Source: Fervidobacterium sp.
Lineage (GTDB): Bacteria; Thermotogota; Thermotogae; Thermotogales; Fervidobacteriaceae
Length of the DNA: 64,000 nucleotides
Assembly (NCBI GenBank): GCA_049970055.1
Contig: JBMFNR010000001.1
Coordinates: forward strand, 64,001-128,000
Reading direction: 5' to 3'
Both the position numbers and the translations under genes were made by a program. Below, piece by piece: positions 37,238 to 48,042 of the stretch; the first letter of the stretch is position 1; each line of letters starts with the position of its first letter. Under the pieces are notes generated by a model. It made no database searches. It was not told the origin of the DNA and saw only the letters and a list, made by a program, of their open reading frames with translations.

Positions 37238-38514
37238 TTCACTTCCTCCTTTGATTCTTCATCTAAGTTTTGAAGATATTTGTTGAAATAAATTCTGAAT
37301 GTTGTTCCTTCTCCCACTTTACTTTCAAAAGTGATTGTTGCGTTGTGCTTTTCTGCTATCATTTTTACTATTGATAGCCCAAGACCAGTACCACCAACTT
37401 TTCTACTTCTGGCTTTATCAACCCTGTAGAACCTTTCAAATAATCTCCGCTGAGCATCCTCGGGTATGCCAGGTCCCGTGTCTTGCACTTCCAATATTAC
37501 TTTGTCTTCTCTTTCATAGCACCTTACAAATACACTTTTTTCTCCCGTATCTTTTGTTGACGTGTATTTAACCGCGTTATCAACTAAATTTAGAACAAGT
37601 TGAACCAATCTATCAAAATCGCCATATATAGAAGATCTGCAAGCACAGTCTATATTTAATTTAACACCATAATCTTCGGCAAGAGGCTCCAGTATTGTTG
37701 TGACCCTTTCGATAACTTCGCACGTATTAACGGTTGTAAACGTGAATTTTGCATCTCCCGATTCAAGTTTTTCTAGGTCAAGTAAATCGTTAATTAATCT
37801 CGTCATTCTCGCTGATTCACTTTCGATAACCCCCAGGAATTTTCTAACAAGTTGTTTGTCATTTAGGTCATCATCAAGGAGTGCCTCAGCGTACCCATGA
37901 ATAGAAGTTAAAGGGGTTCTTAACTCGTGGGAGACGTTTGATATGAATTCTCTGCGTAGTTTGTCTAGTTGCTTTTCTTTTGTTGTATCGTGCAAAACGA
38001 TTATATATCTTTCACTTTCTTGATCGAATTTAATTGGCACAACTTTTGCATCGTAGTATCGTGTCTCACCATCTGCTTGTATTACAACGTCACCACTCTG
38101 TATTTCTCCACTTTCAAGCGCCTTTTCGAACATTTCAAGAATATGGTAATTTTCTAGTACATCGTAAACTTTCCTACCCTCAATTCCTGGTCGGGTAATA
38201 TCTCTACCGGCGATGTTTGCAAATGTTACAATCCCGTCACCCCTTACAATTATTATTGGATCGGTTATGTTGTTCAAGATCGTAAAAATATTTCTTCTTT
38301 CTTTTTCACTTTCAGATATCTTATTTTCTAACTCTTCAAGTTTTTTTCTGAGTTTTTCAAAAATATACAGAGGAGGTGCTCCAACCTCCTCACTTAGTGT
38401 TAATGCGATTTTATCAAAATATTTTCTATATATATTAAGGTTCTTGCGGGTGATTGTAAATAGCACGAAAAATGTCAGTACGAAAAGAGTGATTATAACG
38501 GTGTATATTAACAT
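37234..38514 (-). CDS. PhoR/WalK-type sensor kinase (HpkA-like) with PAS domain
   Basis: One TM helix, PAS, SHELRTPL, NLVDNAVKY, DTGPGI, FYRVD, GTGLGL. Confidence 0.93.
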   Translation of the reverse strand: MLIYTVIITLFVLTFFVLFTITRKNLNIYRKYFDKIALTLSEEVGAPPLYIFEKLRKKLEELENKISESEKERRNIFTILNNITDPIIIVRGDGIVTFANIAGRDITRPGIEGRKVYDVLENYHILEMFEKALESGEIQSGDVVIQADGETRYYDAKVVPIKFDQESERYIIVLHDTTKEKQLDKLRREFISNVSHELRTPLTSIHGYAEALLDDDLNDKQLVRKFLGVIESESARMTRLINDLLDLEKLESGDAKFTFTTVNTCEVIERVTTILEPLAEDYGVKLNIDCACRSSIYGDFDRLVQLVLNLVDNAVKYTSTKDTGEKSVFVRCYEREDKVILEVQDTGPGIPEDAQRRLFERFYRVDKARSRKVGGTGLGLSIVKMIAEKHNATITFESKVGEGTTFRIYFNKYLQNLDEESKEEVK

Positions 38515-38521
38515 TTCTCGA

Positions 38522-39241
38522 TTATTCTTCCTTTCCGGGGTCTCTGAATTTGTATCCCTTACCTCTTACCGTGACAACATATCTTGGGTTTGAAGGATCC
38601 TCTTCTATCTTTGTTCTTAGCCTTCTGATGTGAACGTCCACAGTTCTTGTGTCACCAAAGTAATCGTATCCCCAAAGTTTGTCAAGTAGGACATCTCTTG
38701 AAAAGACTTTACCTTCATTCTCCGCCAAGAATCTCAAGAGGTCAAATTCAAGAGGCGTGAGACTTATCTTTTTGCCTTTAACCCTTACTTCGTATTTGTC
38801 TATATCTATCTCAAGATCTTTTGCGACGATTTTCTTTGGCTTTTCTTCTTTTACAACGTTTCCAAATTGCATCCTTCTGAATACCGCTCTGATCCTTGCG
38901 AGTAGCTCCCTAACACTAAACGGTTTAACGATGTAATCATCTGCACCGAGCTCAAGTCCGAGAACTTTGTCAAATTCTTCACCTTTAGCACTTAAAAAGA
39001 TTACAGGTGTTAATTTGTGCTTGTCCATAGCTCTAATTGTTCTGACAAACTCAAAACCATCCATGTTTGGAAGCATGATATCAACAATAAACATATCTAC
39101 GTCTTTTTCTTTAAGTTCTTGCAACGCTTTCTCTGCATCTTCTACCGGGACAACATCGTACCCTTCTTTTTGTAACGTAAAGCTCACAAGTTCAAGAATT
39201 TCAGGTTGATCATCGATGATCATGATCGTTTTTTTTGCCAT
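38522..39241 (-). CDS. OmpR/PhoB-family response regulator (DrrA-like)
   Basis: Receiver plus winged helix (LTPLEFDLL, RTVDVHIRRLR, TVRGKGY). Confidence 0.95.
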   Translation of the reverse strand: MAKKTIMIIDDQPEILELVSFTLQKEGYDVVPVEDAEKALQELKEKDVDMFIVDIMLPNMDGFEFVRTIRAMDKHKLTPVIFLSAKGEEFDKVLGLELGADDYIVKPFSVRELLARIRAVFRRMQFGNVVKEEKPKKIVAKDLEIDIDKYEVRVKGKKISLTPLEFDLLRFLAENEGKVFSRDVLLDKLWGYDYFGDTRTVDVHIRRLRTKIEEDPSNPRYVVTVRGKGYKFRDPGKEE

Positions 39242-39279
39242 ATGTATACCTCCTTAAATTAAAGTTGTTTTCTTTTACA

Positions 39280-39309
39280 ATTATATCATTAAAAGTTACC
39301 GTTTGTCAA
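39280..39309 (-). promoter_or_regulatory. Sigma70 promoter of the regulator-kinase-pdp operon
   Basis: On the - strand: TTGACA, 18 bp spacer, TATAAT. Confidence 0.75.
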
Positions 39310-39393
39310 AGAGTTTTTTTGAAAGGTTGAGCTAATATTACGTGTAACATTGTTAAAATTAGGAAAATTACCAGGAAGCTTGTGCATTTAATT

Positions 39394-39422
39394 AAAAAAT
39401 TGGGGAGATGTCCCCAATTTTT
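39394..39422 (-). terminator. Intrinsic terminator
   Basis: AAAAATTGGGGA-GATG-TCCCCAATTTTT. Confidence 0.8.
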
Positions 39423-39444
39423 ATATAAGTACTTTTTATTCACC

Positions 39445-40971
39445 TTAAAAAGAAAAACCAGTTTTTAAGCCAAAGATGTATTGCTCAAGATTAACAGTCT
39501 TGTAAAACAGAGTGAAATTTCTCCACGAAATGGCGGTTGATAAGATTTGATAGTAAGCCTCTCCAGACTTTTCTGGTGTCGACGATCCGGGTTCTGATAC
39601 ATTATGAGGCCATCCATCCCAAAACCATTTCCATCTTTCGTTTCCATTGTCGTTTACTAAACCTTTGATAAGATAATTGTATGTAATATCGTATTTTATA
39701 CCAAGATCCTGCAATATTCCGTTTATACCAACTGATAACATTTTTGCGTCTGGTCCGTAAATGAATCCTAAGGGATAATCAACTAGGAATCTACCACTCG
39801 GGTTGTTCTGAAGTTCGAAGTGCCTTACGTTGATTTTTAAATATGGAAGATAATTTGTTACATACATCCATTCTGAAGTTTCAGAATACTCTGCCCAGAT
39901 TTTTTGATTGTTAATGTTTATAGAGACACCTATATTTTTAGCGTCTGCTCCAGGTTTGTAGTTACTACCTACCTCTGTGAATCCAATTATATCGTCAAGT
40001 ACGTATTCGCCGTAGATTTTAATTACATCAGAGAATAAAAGAGTAAAATCGATGCTTCCCGTTACATTGCTAAACCCTTCTCCATATGTATTGTGATAGA
40101 TTACGACAGGGTTTAAATCAATAATATCAGGAAATTTTCCGCCTACAATATTTAATTCTCCAAGTCCTATCCTTAATTTCGAGTTTGTAAAGATTTCATT
40201 CACAAAGTCTATCCTATGTGCGAAAATATATTTAGAAGGTTCTGTGAAATATTTGCCAGCTGTGTGTTGATCTGAGAAGTGTTTCTGAATATCTTCTTCT
40301 CTATTCGAAAGCAACGGATAAGATGCGATCGCATGGAATGTGTAACTTACAGTGGGTGTTTTGATGGACATAGTAAAATTATCTTGGTAAATTGTGGATG
40401 ATATATGAACTGGGTACTGTGCGTCTCCCCATTTGAGCGGAAATCTACCAATAGCCGCAAATAACCAATCGTTAGCATAGTATATGTAAGAAAACTTTGG
40501 GAAGTTAAGATCAATTGATAATTTCGATAAATCCAGAGGGTTTGTAATGCTAAACGGAAAGTTGTTAAAACTATTTAAGGTAATTAATTTGTTTCTGCTT
40601 TCTTTTTCGAATGGTATCTCCAAATATACCCCTGCATTGGGGAATTTCCAATCGATCACAAGCTTAAACAACGGGGGAATTTCATCTTGAAGGTAAAATG
40701 ATGACTGTGCCGGATTTGTTGGTTGTCCAATCCAATCATCAGCTAGTATCATTAAGTGCGAAGGCCACTGGGATACGTAAAATGATGGGGAAAAAATAAA
40801 TTTTACAATTTGATAATTTTCGCTTTCACTTTTCACCCATTCTTCTGGAATAGGAAGTACACCTACAGAAAGTAATGATGAAGTTTTTTCATAAAGCAAA
40901 CTTGAGTTACAAAGAGCGGTGGAGAATAGCAAGAAAGCGATTACAATCGCTGCAAAGCTGCGATATTTCAT
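39445..40971 (-). CDS. Putative outer-membrane beta-barrel protein (Wzi-like)
   Basis: Signal peptide MKYRSFAAIVIAFLLFSTALC; GRFPLKWG, FAHRIDF, YGEYVLDD, YPLGFIYGPDA; aromatic-rich, ends in Phe. Family call is by eye. Confidence 0.6.
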   Translation of the reverse strand: MKYRSFAAIVIAFLLFSTALCNSSLLYEKTSSLLSVGVLPIPEEWVKSESENYQIVKFIFSPSFYVSQWPSHLMILADDWIGQPTNPAQSSFYLQDEIPPLFKLVIDWKFPNAGVYLEIPFEKESRNKLITLNSFNNFPFSITNPLDLSKLSIDLNFPKFSYIYYANDWLFAAIGRFPLKWGDAQYPVHISSTIYQDNFTMSIKTPTVSYTFHAIASYPLLSNREEDIQKHFSDQHTAGKYFTEPSKYIFAHRIDFVNEIFTNSKLRIGLGELNIVGGKFPDIIDLNPVVIYHNTYGEGFSNVTGSIDFTLLFSDVIKIYGEYVLDDIIGFTEVGSNYKPGADAKNIGVSININNQKIWAEYSETSEWMYVTNYLPYLKINVRHFELQNNPSGRFLVDYPLGFIYGPDAKMLSVGINGILQDLGIKYDITYNYLIKGLVNDNGNERWKWFWDGWPHNVSEPGSSTPEKSGEAYYQILSTAISWRNFTLFYKTVNLEQYIFGLKTGFSF

Positions 40972-40990
40972 CACTTTGTATGCTCTTAAT

Positions 40991-41599
40991 TCATATCCTT
41001 CTAAACGCATCAAGAACCGCCTCAGCGACAGCGCGTTCAAAATTACCCTCGTTCACAGCCGTACCTATGATACTTTCTTCAACACCGTTGTATTGTTTTG
41101 TTACATGTACCAACACGTACTTTTTGCCGACAAAGTAAACTTCAGCAACATCATCAAACGAAAGTGCAAAATCGTGAACCTCTGACAATGCATTTAGAAC
41201 AGCGTTTCCTATGACTTTTGGAATATTTTTGGTTGTCTTTGGACCTGCGAATTCACCATAGAATTCTTCATCTCCGTGTTCAATTGTAACGTTTACTCTT
41301 ATGTTCCTTTCGTCTACATTTTCAACCCTAAGGTTTGTCAGTTGGTAAGGAAGGACTTTTTGAGTTTTTACGTCACTTTCAACTTGAGCTATCGATATGA
41401 TTTTTCTATCAAGTCTTATACCTGTGCTTGCAAGTACAACTGTTTCTATATCCCTAACGAGTTGTTTGGGGCTTTTATCACTTGAAGTTATAATATGAAT
41501 TTCTTGAAGATTTGCTCCATCTCCAACGACTTTAACAGCTTTTACGCCCGGAACTTTTGAAATCAATTCTTCAATTTTTAAAGCATCGATAACAGGCAT
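40991..41599 (-). CDS. Conserved hypothetical protein
   Basis: 202-aa ORF with SD GGGGGG; EIHI, PKQLVRDIETV, ISIAQ, AVLDA motifs; function not recognised. Confidence 0.75.
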   Translation of the reverse strand: MPVIDALKIEELISKVPGVKAVKVVGDGANLQEIHIITSSDKSPKQLVRDIETVVLASTGIRLDRKIISIAQVESDVKTQKVLPYQLTNLRVENVDERNIRVNVTIEHGDEEFYGEFAGPKTTKNIPKVIGNAVLNALSEVHDFALSFDDVAEVYFVGKKYVLVHVTKQYNGVEESIIGTAVNEGNFERAVAEAVLDAFRRI

Positions 41600-41736
41600 G
41601 TTATCCCCCCTGTTTTAACATTTACTATCTTCTTAAAATTATACCACTAATTTTTCGATTTTCAAAATGGAACGTTGTTGATATAATTATCTAAGAATTA
41701 TATAAGAATGCAAGAGTTATATAAGGAGGTGTTTTA

Positions 41737-42627
41737 ATGGGCCGTTTGGTTTACGGAACAGCTTACAATGGAGTGATAAGGTTTTCGGTAATTGATTCAA
41801 CGGATATAGTGGTTGAATCGAGGGAAAAGCACAATTTAAGTTATCTCCCCACAGTTGTTCTTGGAAGGTTGATAACGACTGTGGGTTTAGTTCTTCCCTG
41901 GCTTTCTGAAAAGGAGACGATAACGTTCATTATCTCTGGTGATGGACCTGTTGAAAGTGTTGTAAGCCAAGGTTCAATCCGAGGTACAACCCTAGGTACA
42001 GTTAGAGGATATGTAAGCAACAAAAATTTTGAGCTTGAACCAAATGAGTATCATAAGTTTGATGTAAAGAAGGCTATAGGGGAAGGTGATTTAACAGTTG
42101 TCAGAGATGTCGGATTGAGAACTCCATACACTTCTAAAGTACCTTTAGTATCAGGTGAAATAGCGGAAGATATTGCTTATTATTATACAAAATCTGAGCA
42201 AATTCCTTCAGCCTTTGCACTTGGTGTTCTTATGGACCAAAATGGTGTTATTTCAGCGGGAGGCCTTTCAGTGCAAGTGTTAGATCGGAATATCGATCCT
42301 GTGGTTATAGCAAAACTCGAGGAAAACCTGAGAGATTTATCTGTTTCGTCTTTGTTCACGCACATGAGATTAGAGGAAATAGCCTCATATGTACTTAGCA
42401 CAGATAACATGATATACGAAGAAATGGATGTAATTTTTAAATGCAATTGTAATAATGAAAAAGCTGCAGAATCTTTAAGTGTTTTGGATTTGTCAGAGCT
42501 TTACCAACTATATGAAGAAGGCAAAGCTGAAGTGACTTGTAAATGGTGCAATACCCTGTATGTATTTGAAAAGACTGATATATTAAAAGTTATAGAAAAC
42601 AAAAAAAGAAAAGTTCAGGAAGAATAG
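41737..42627 (+). CDS. hslO: Redox-regulated chaperone Hsp33
   Basis: LGR, VRGY, SGEIAEDIAYYY..SEQIPSA, CxC...CxxC zinc motif. Confidence 0.93.
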   Translation: MGRLVYGTAYNGVIRFSVIDSTDIVVESREKHNLSYLPTVVLGRLITTVGLVLPWLSEKETITFIISGDGPVESVVSQGSIRGTTLGTVRGYVSNKNFELEPNEYHKFDVKKAIGEGDLTVVRDVGLRTPYTSKVPLVSGEIAEDIAYYYTKSEQIPSAFALGVLMDQNGVISAGGLSVQVLDRNIDPVVIAKLEENLRDLSVSSLFTHMRLEEIASYVLSTDNMIYEEMDVIFKCNCNNEKAAESLSVLDLSELYQLYEEGKAEVTCKWCNTLYVFEKTDILKVIENKKRKVQEE

Positions 42628-44420
42628 GATTTTAGAATTTCTTCGATTATTTGTTTTGCGCTCTTTTCGTCTCCTTGGAGATAATTTTTCATAACTTCGA
42701 GAATCCTTCTTTCGAATTCTTCCAATGTTAGTTTTGTCGAAAAATTGTATTCAACGCGAAAAATCTTTTCATGCATTGTTTTCGTTGGCTTTTCGAATTC
42801 ATAAAATAGTTCCTCTTCAAGTTTTTCACCAGGTAGAGCACCGGTGTACTTTATTTCGATGTCAGATTTGCCCAATAACTTTGCGAGTGCTTTGGCAACG
42901 TATTCTACGGAAATTTGTTCGCCCATGTCAAGCACATATAACTCTCTATTTTTTGAAAATGCACCCGCTTGTATCACAAGTGATACTGCCTCAGGAATGC
43001 TCATCCAGTACCTTTTCATCCGTGGGTCTGTTATCGTAACAGGTTCACCGGTTTCTATTTGTTTTTTGAATTTCCAAAGTACACTTCCCCTACTCCCTAT
43101 TACGTTTCCAAAACGTACTATAGAGAAGAATGTCTGGCATTCTTCCGGTATTGACAGAAGGTATAGTTCTGCTAGTCTTTTACTTAACCCCATATAGGAC
43201 GTTGGATGGACAGCCTTATCTGTTGATATGAATACAAACCTTTCAACCCCGTATGTGCACGATAGTTTTGCGAGCTTAATTGTGCCAAGAACGTTGACAC
43301 GTAGAGCTTCATAAAGGTTTGTCTGCATGAAAAACACATGCTTGTGAGCGGCTGCATGAAAAATGAGCTCTGGTTTGTACTGAGAAAAGATCTTTTCCAT
43401 TAAATTTTCATCGGTTATGTCGGCAATTACAGGAGAAACATCTAAATTAGGATAGTTTTCCTTCAATTCGTTGTATATCTCATATATGCTATTTTCTCCT
43501 CTTCCAAGGAGTATGATTTTCTTTGGTGAGAACTTACAAATTTGCCTTGAGATTTCCGAACCAATACTACCACCCGCACCTGTGATCAGTACTGATTTGT
43601 TGTTAAGATAGAAACTGATAGATGATAAGTCCACACTCACAGGTTCTCTTCCAATAATGTCTTGTATCGATATTTCTCTCAAATCCTTAATTGTTGGCTC
43701 GCGGTTCAAAAGCTGGGTTATCGATGGAAACGTTTTTAATTTTATGTGAGAAGAATCTATCAGAGAAAAGATTTTGCTTATCAGTTGCTTCGATGCGGAT
43801 GGTATAGCGATTATAATTTCATCGAGTTCTAGTTTGTCGATATGTTTATTTATATTTTCAATGGAATCCAGTACCTTTACACCAGCAACATACCTTCCTA
43901 TTTTTTCCTTGTCATCGTCAAAGAAAGCAACGATATTGCCATAATTGGTCCTTCTTATCTCATTTGAAAGTATTGATCCCGCATCACCGGCGCCAATGAT
44001 CGCTATCCTTTTTTCGCCCTTTTTTTTATAATTTATGAAAAATTGGTACATTACTCTTGCGCTCACCAGAAGAAAATAACTTCCAAGGAATGTAAGCATA
44101 CCGACCGAACGTGGGAGTACTCCGATCCGTGAGAAATGAAGGAAAATCAATGCGAAAGCGTAACCAAAAAACAATCCTCTGAGAAGAGTAATTGTCTCCT
44201 TAGGTGTTGCATACCTCCAAACGATTTTGTAAGTACCATTTAGTATATTTGCGAATGTTGTGAATAAGATCAAGACGATGACACCAAAGAAATATTTGCG
44301 CATGTCCGAAAATGCGAAACCAAATCTCACAAAGAGAGCATTTAAACCTGCTAAAATTAAGAGCGCGGTGTCTATCAAAAATAACCAAAGATTTCGTTTA
44401 GAAAAGACAAATATCTTCAA
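42615..44420 (-). CDS. Membrane NDP-sugar 4,6-dehydratase (CapD/PglF family)
   Basis: Four TM helices, GAGDAG, TGAGGSIGSE, HAAAHKHV, STDKAV, RFGNVIGSRGSV, GEKLEEEL. Confidence 0.92.
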   Translation of the reverse strand: MKIFVFSKRNLWLFLIDTALLILAGLNALFVRFGFAFSDMRKYFFGVIVLILFTTFANILNGTYKIVWRYATPKETITLLRGLFFGYAFALIFLHFSRIGVLPRSVGMLTFLGSYFLLVSARVMYQFFINYKKKGEKRIAIIGAGDAGSILSNEIRRTNYGNIVAFFDDDKEKIGRYVAGVKVLDSIENINKHIDKLELDEIIIAIPSASKQLISKIFSLIDSSHIKLKTFPSITQLLNREPTIKDLREISIQDIIGREPVSVDLSSISFYLNNKSVLITGAGGSIGSEISRQICKFSPKKIILLGRGENSIYEIYNELKENYPNLDVSPVIADITDENLMEKIFSQYKPELIFHAAAHKHVFFMQTNLYEALRVNVLGTIKLAKLSCTYGVERFVFISTDKAVHPTSYMGLSKRLAELYLLSIPEECQTFFSIVRFGNVIGSRGSVLWKFKKQIETGEPVTITDPRMKRYWMSIPEAVSLVIQAGAFSKNRELYVLDMGEQISVEYVAKALAKLLGKSDIEIKYTGALPGEKLEEELFYEFEKPTKTMHEKIFRVEYNFSTKLTLEEFERRILEVMKNYLQGDEKSAKQIIEEILKSYSS

Positions 44421-45688
44421 ATCTCCGGCACACCTCCGGGTACATAGTTTATTGTAGCTTGTAAGTTAGAAAACTTTTCTATAACTTTTTCATAACCTCT
44501 GAATATATGCTCAACTTGCGTAACTTCTGTTTTATCCTCCGCGGCCAAACCAGCAATTACAAGTGCGGCAGTTGCTCTTAAATCCGTCCCCATCACAGAT
44601 GTTCCATAAAGTTTTTCAACACCGTTTATAAGCACCATGTTTTCGATAATACGCATATCTGCGCCCATCCTAACAAGCTCTGCTACATGTGCAAAACGAG
44701 TTTTAAAAACATTCTCTGTTACTGTGCTTGAACCGTTTGCTAAGGACAGGTAAACGATCATCTGTGGTTGCAAATCGGTTGGAAAACCTGGGTACGGGAG
44801 TACATTTATATCCCACCCTTTCCACTTATCTGGTGCTTTTACATAAACCTCGTTTTGACCTTTTTTTACAATCGCTCCCGTTTTTTCTAATGCAAACCAT
44901 AAAGCATCTAAATGTTCGGGGATGATATTTTTTACAAGACCTTCGCCCCCTGTTGTTAGTATTGCAAGTACGTAAGTTCCCGCTTCGATTCTATCAGGAA
45001 TTACTGTATGTTCACATCCGTGTAATTCAGGTACACCTTCGATGACAATTTTACTTGTCCCTGCGCCAGAGATCCTTGCCCCCATTTTATTTAATAAGTT
45101 CTGTAAATCTACAATTTCAGGCTCCATAGCGGCATTCTCTATTATTGTTTTACCAGGCATTATAGCTGCAGCGCTCATAACATGTTCTGTTGCACCTACG
45201 CTGGGAAACGGGAGATAAACGACCGTTTCGTCTTCCTTCAATCCCTTTTTGGCAACGATTTCACCATGATCAAAACTGATTTGAAAACCTAGTTTTTTCA
45301 ATCCCTCTATGTGGAAATCTACAGGTCTTGCACCTATCGCACACCCACCTGGTAATGGCGTGCTTGCCTCTCCCATCAATGCAGCTATCGGCCCAAGAAC
45401 GTTAAATGATGCGCGCATTTTTCTCACGAGATCGTAAGGTACGTGAGTTAAAAGAATCTTTCCAGAAACCTTTACGATTCCGTGGTCTTTATAAAAGACA
45501 ACACTTTTCCCTGTCGTCCTCAGTATATCTATCATTGTTTCTATATCGGAAAGTACTGGCACTTTGTGAAGCACAACTTCCTCTTCCGTCAAGAGAGTTG
45601 CTGCAAGAAGTGGAAGTGCAGAGTTTTTTGCACCGGATATCTCTACTTCTCCGAAAAGTCTACTTCTTTCAACTACTATCGAACCCAT
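44417..45688 (-). CDS. murA: UDP-N-acetylglucosamine 1-carboxyvinyltransferase
   Basis: SGAKNS, MRAS, LPGGCAIGARP, SVGATE, PDRIEAGT, GFPTDLQ, DLRA. Confidence 0.97.
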   Translation of the reverse strand: MGSIVVERSRLFGEVEISGAKNSALPLLAATLLTEEEVVLHKVPVLSDIETMIDILRTTGKSVVFYKDHGIVKVSGKILLTHVPYDLVRKMRASFNVLGPIAALMGEASTPLPGGCAIGARPVDFHIEGLKKLGFQISFDHGEIVAKKGLKEDETVVYLPFPSVGATEHVMSAAAIMPGKTIIENAAMEPEIVDLQNLLNKMGARISGAGTSKIVIEGVPELHGCEHTVIPDRIEAGTYVLAILTTGGEGLVKNIIPEHLDALWFALEKTGAIVKKGQNEVYVKAPDKWKGWDINVLPYPGFPTDLQPQMIVYLSLANGSSTVTENVFKTRFAHVAELVRMGADMRIIENMVLINGVEKLYGTSVMGTDLRATAALVIAGLAAEDKTEVTQVEHIFRGYEKVIEKFSNLQATINYVPGGVPEI

Positions 45689-45728
45689 CTGCACCCTTCT
45701 TTCTATTAATGTTGTAATAATCTAAATT

Positions 45729-46310
45729 TTATTGGACTAATTTGAATAGTTCCTCTATATTTTTTGAATCGTCTGGATAATTTGAGATCTTTACTGTTGC
45801 AGGTATGTTGTGTAATGCAAGAGCATTTTCTATCCTTTCTTTCACTCTTGCACTGTTTTCTTTTGTGACTTCCGTTAGAAGTATGATGAATTGGTTTTCT
45901 GAACTTCTTCCAACACTATCAAGAGGCACTCTTACGAGTTCTTTTAATAACTTACCTGTGCTCAGAAGGTTTTGTTCTTTTTCAATTTGATCCATATTGT
46001 CAAAATTATCTATTGTGACTGTTATGAGTGCGTATCCAAAGTTTTCTTCAAACGCCTTTTGATGGTAGTACGAGATGAGTTTCATTATGTGCTCTTTCGA
46101 GTACACCCTCGTCAATGGATCTATCATTCTTTTCGTTCCAACATCTTTGATGAAGTCATCGAACACTTCAAATTGTTTTTTCATAATCGCAGAATATTCA
46201 CCAAGTAGTAATTCCAGTTCCGTTTCGCGTATCCTAAGTCTTGCAACCTCATCTTCTAATTCCCTGATTCTTTTCACTAATTCTTCTCTTGGAATGTTTT
46301 CGTATTCCAT
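45729..46310 (-). CDS. Coiled-coil plus degenerate GGDEF-like protein
   Basis: N-terminal heptads; DPLTRVY, IDNF, VGRSSENQF in place of GRYGGDEF, YPDD. Confidence 0.75.
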   Translation of the reverse strand: MEYENIPREELVKRIRELEDEVARLRIRETELELLLGEYSAIMKKQFEVFDDFIKDVGTKRMIDPLTRVYSKEHIMKLISYYHQKAFEENFGYALITVTIDNFDNMDQIEKEQNLLSTGKLLKELVRVPLDSVGRSSENQFIILLTEVTKENSARVKERIENALALHNIPATVKISNYPDDSKNIEELFKLVQ

Positions 46311-46313
46311 ACC

Positions 46314-47030
46314 TTAATTCCCCCCGTTTTCTTTGTTATTCAACGTGGTTGTATTGTAATCTTCTAAGAGTATCACGTATCTTGGAATTTTTGGTACCTT
46401 GATTTTTAATAATCCATTCTTATACTCACCTACTGATATACCCGACTCTTTTAATAATTTTCCGTATGGCATATGTTCAGACATGTAAACTTTACCGCTC
46501 AATTTACTGGTATCAATGTTTGGATCTGGAATTTCTATTTTATAATTTCGGTAGTACCCAACAATTTTCATATTATTGTTCGGGTTTCTGTTTACTGTGT
46601 CGGTTGCATTTATTACGTTTAGTGTTTCTGTTGGATTTTGGGTTGATTCTATGGTTACCGGAAATTCGGTTTCCCACCATTTGATGACATATCCTACACT
46701 TCCTGTTTTTTGAACAAAACCTATCAATTCGCCATTTTGAGCGTCCAGCACTATACCTTTTTTTCTAAGATTTCGCACGTATATGCCAGCTAAGTCTTCA
46801 CTTAAAACCTCAAGTGTATCCGAGGACGTTTGTCCAAATCGCACTACGGTAAGAATAATCTGCTGCTTCTCGAAAAGTTTCTCGACACTTCGTCTCATTT
46901 GGTAAATTGGGAGCGATATGTTCGATAGTATCGCATGTAGTGCATTTGAAATTGAATTTTTTGTAAACACATCTGTGAAAAGTATAGATAATAATACAAG
47001 TAAAACAAGAACTAAGTAATTTGTCTTCAT
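46314..47030 (-). CDS. Membrane-anchored protein, divergent MreC-like
   Basis: N-terminal TM helix, GIVL...LIG.V beta region; directly follows mreB (positional inference). Confidence 0.55.
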   Translation of the reverse strand: MKTNYLVLVLLVLLSILFTDVFTKNSISNALHAILSNISLPIYQMRRSVEKLFEKQQIILTVVRFGQTSSDTLEVLSEDLAGIYVRNLRKKGIVLDAQNGELIGFVQKTGSVGYVIKWWETEFPVTIESTQNPTETLNVINATDTVNRNPNNNMKIVGYYRNYKIEIPDPNIDTSKLSGKVYMSEHMPYGKLLKESGISVGEYKNGLLKIKVPKIPRYVILLEDYNTTTLNNKENGGN

Positions 47031-48040
47031 TCTACACTTTTCAACCTCGCTAAGATATCCATTTTATCAAGTACCATTCCGGCACCTCTTGCAACACAAC
47101 TCATCGGATCTTCCGCTCGCACTACCTTTATGCCAGTTTCTTTTTCGAGTAATTCACAAATACCTCTGAGTAATGAACCGCCACCTGCAATTACAATACC
47201 TCTCTCGGTTATATCTGCTACCAACTCTGGTGGTGTTTTCTCAAGTGTTGCTTTTGCAGTTTCAACTATCTGCATGGCTGTAGGTTTTATCGCTTCGCGT
47301 ATCTCTCCACCTGTTAGTACAAGCTTTTTTGGTAATCCTGTTGATAATTCTATACCTACGATCTCTGTTTGAAGTTCATCGAATTCTTTCAGTGGAAATA
47401 CATTACCAATCTCAATTTTCACTCTTTCGGCAGTTCTCACACCAATTGTGACCCTGTAAACTTCTCTGACGTACTGTATTATTGCTTCATCAAATTCGTC
47501 ACCAGCTATTCTTGAAGAAGTTGCTGTCACTATTGACCCAAGTGAAATTACTGCGGCTTCGGTTGTACCACCACCAATGTCTATAATCATATTTCCTTGA
47601 GGTTCTTCCACTGGCAATCCTGCTCCTATCGCTGTTGCCATTGGTTCTTCAATCAAGAATACTTTTTTTGCACCTGCTTCTTTTCCAGCTGTTAGTAGTG
47701 CCCTACTTTCAACTTCGGTAACACCGTATGGTACACCTATAACCACGCGTGGCCTGAAGAAAGAGAACTTTTCCTGTGCCTTGCCAATAAAATATGTAAG
47801 CATCGCTAGAGCTACATCGTAATCGGCAATCACACCATCCTTAAGAGGTCTAATGGCTTGTATGTAAGATGGCGTTTTCCCAATCATTTTTTTAGCTTCA
47901 ACGCCAACTTTTATTATTTCACCTGTGTCAACGTTTATTGATATAACGGAAGGTTCATTTAGAACTATTCCCTTTCCTCTAACGTAAACGAGTGTGTTGG
48001 CTGTACCAAGGTCTATACCAAGATCGGACCTTCCAAACAT
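47027..48040 (-). CDS. mreB: Rod shape-determining protein MreB
   Basis: [37 protein letters not shown]. Confidence 0.97.
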   Translation of the reverse strand: MFGRSDLGIDLGTANTLVYVRGKGIVLNEPSVISINVDTGEIIKVGVEAKKMIGKTPSYIQAIRPLKDGVIADYDVALAMLTYFIGKAQEKFSFFRPRVVIGVPYGVTEVESRALLTAGKEAGAKKVFLIEEPMATAIGAGLPVEEPQGNMIIDIGGGTTEAAVISLGSIVTATSSRIAGDEFDEAIIQYVREVYRVTIGVRTAERVKIEIGNVFPLKEFDELQTEIVGIELSTGLPKKLVLTGGEIREAIKPTAMQIVETAKATLEKTPPELVADITERGIVIAGGGSLLRGICELLEKETGIKVVRAEDPMSCVARGAGMVLDKMDILARLKSVE

Positions 48041-48042
48041 TA

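Noticed and set aside
39340..39360. TGTAAC/TGTTAA repeat as a WalR/PhoB box upstream of the response regulator
   Set aside because: Half-sites are 8 bp apart rather than the 11-bp period expected for OmpR-family boxes.
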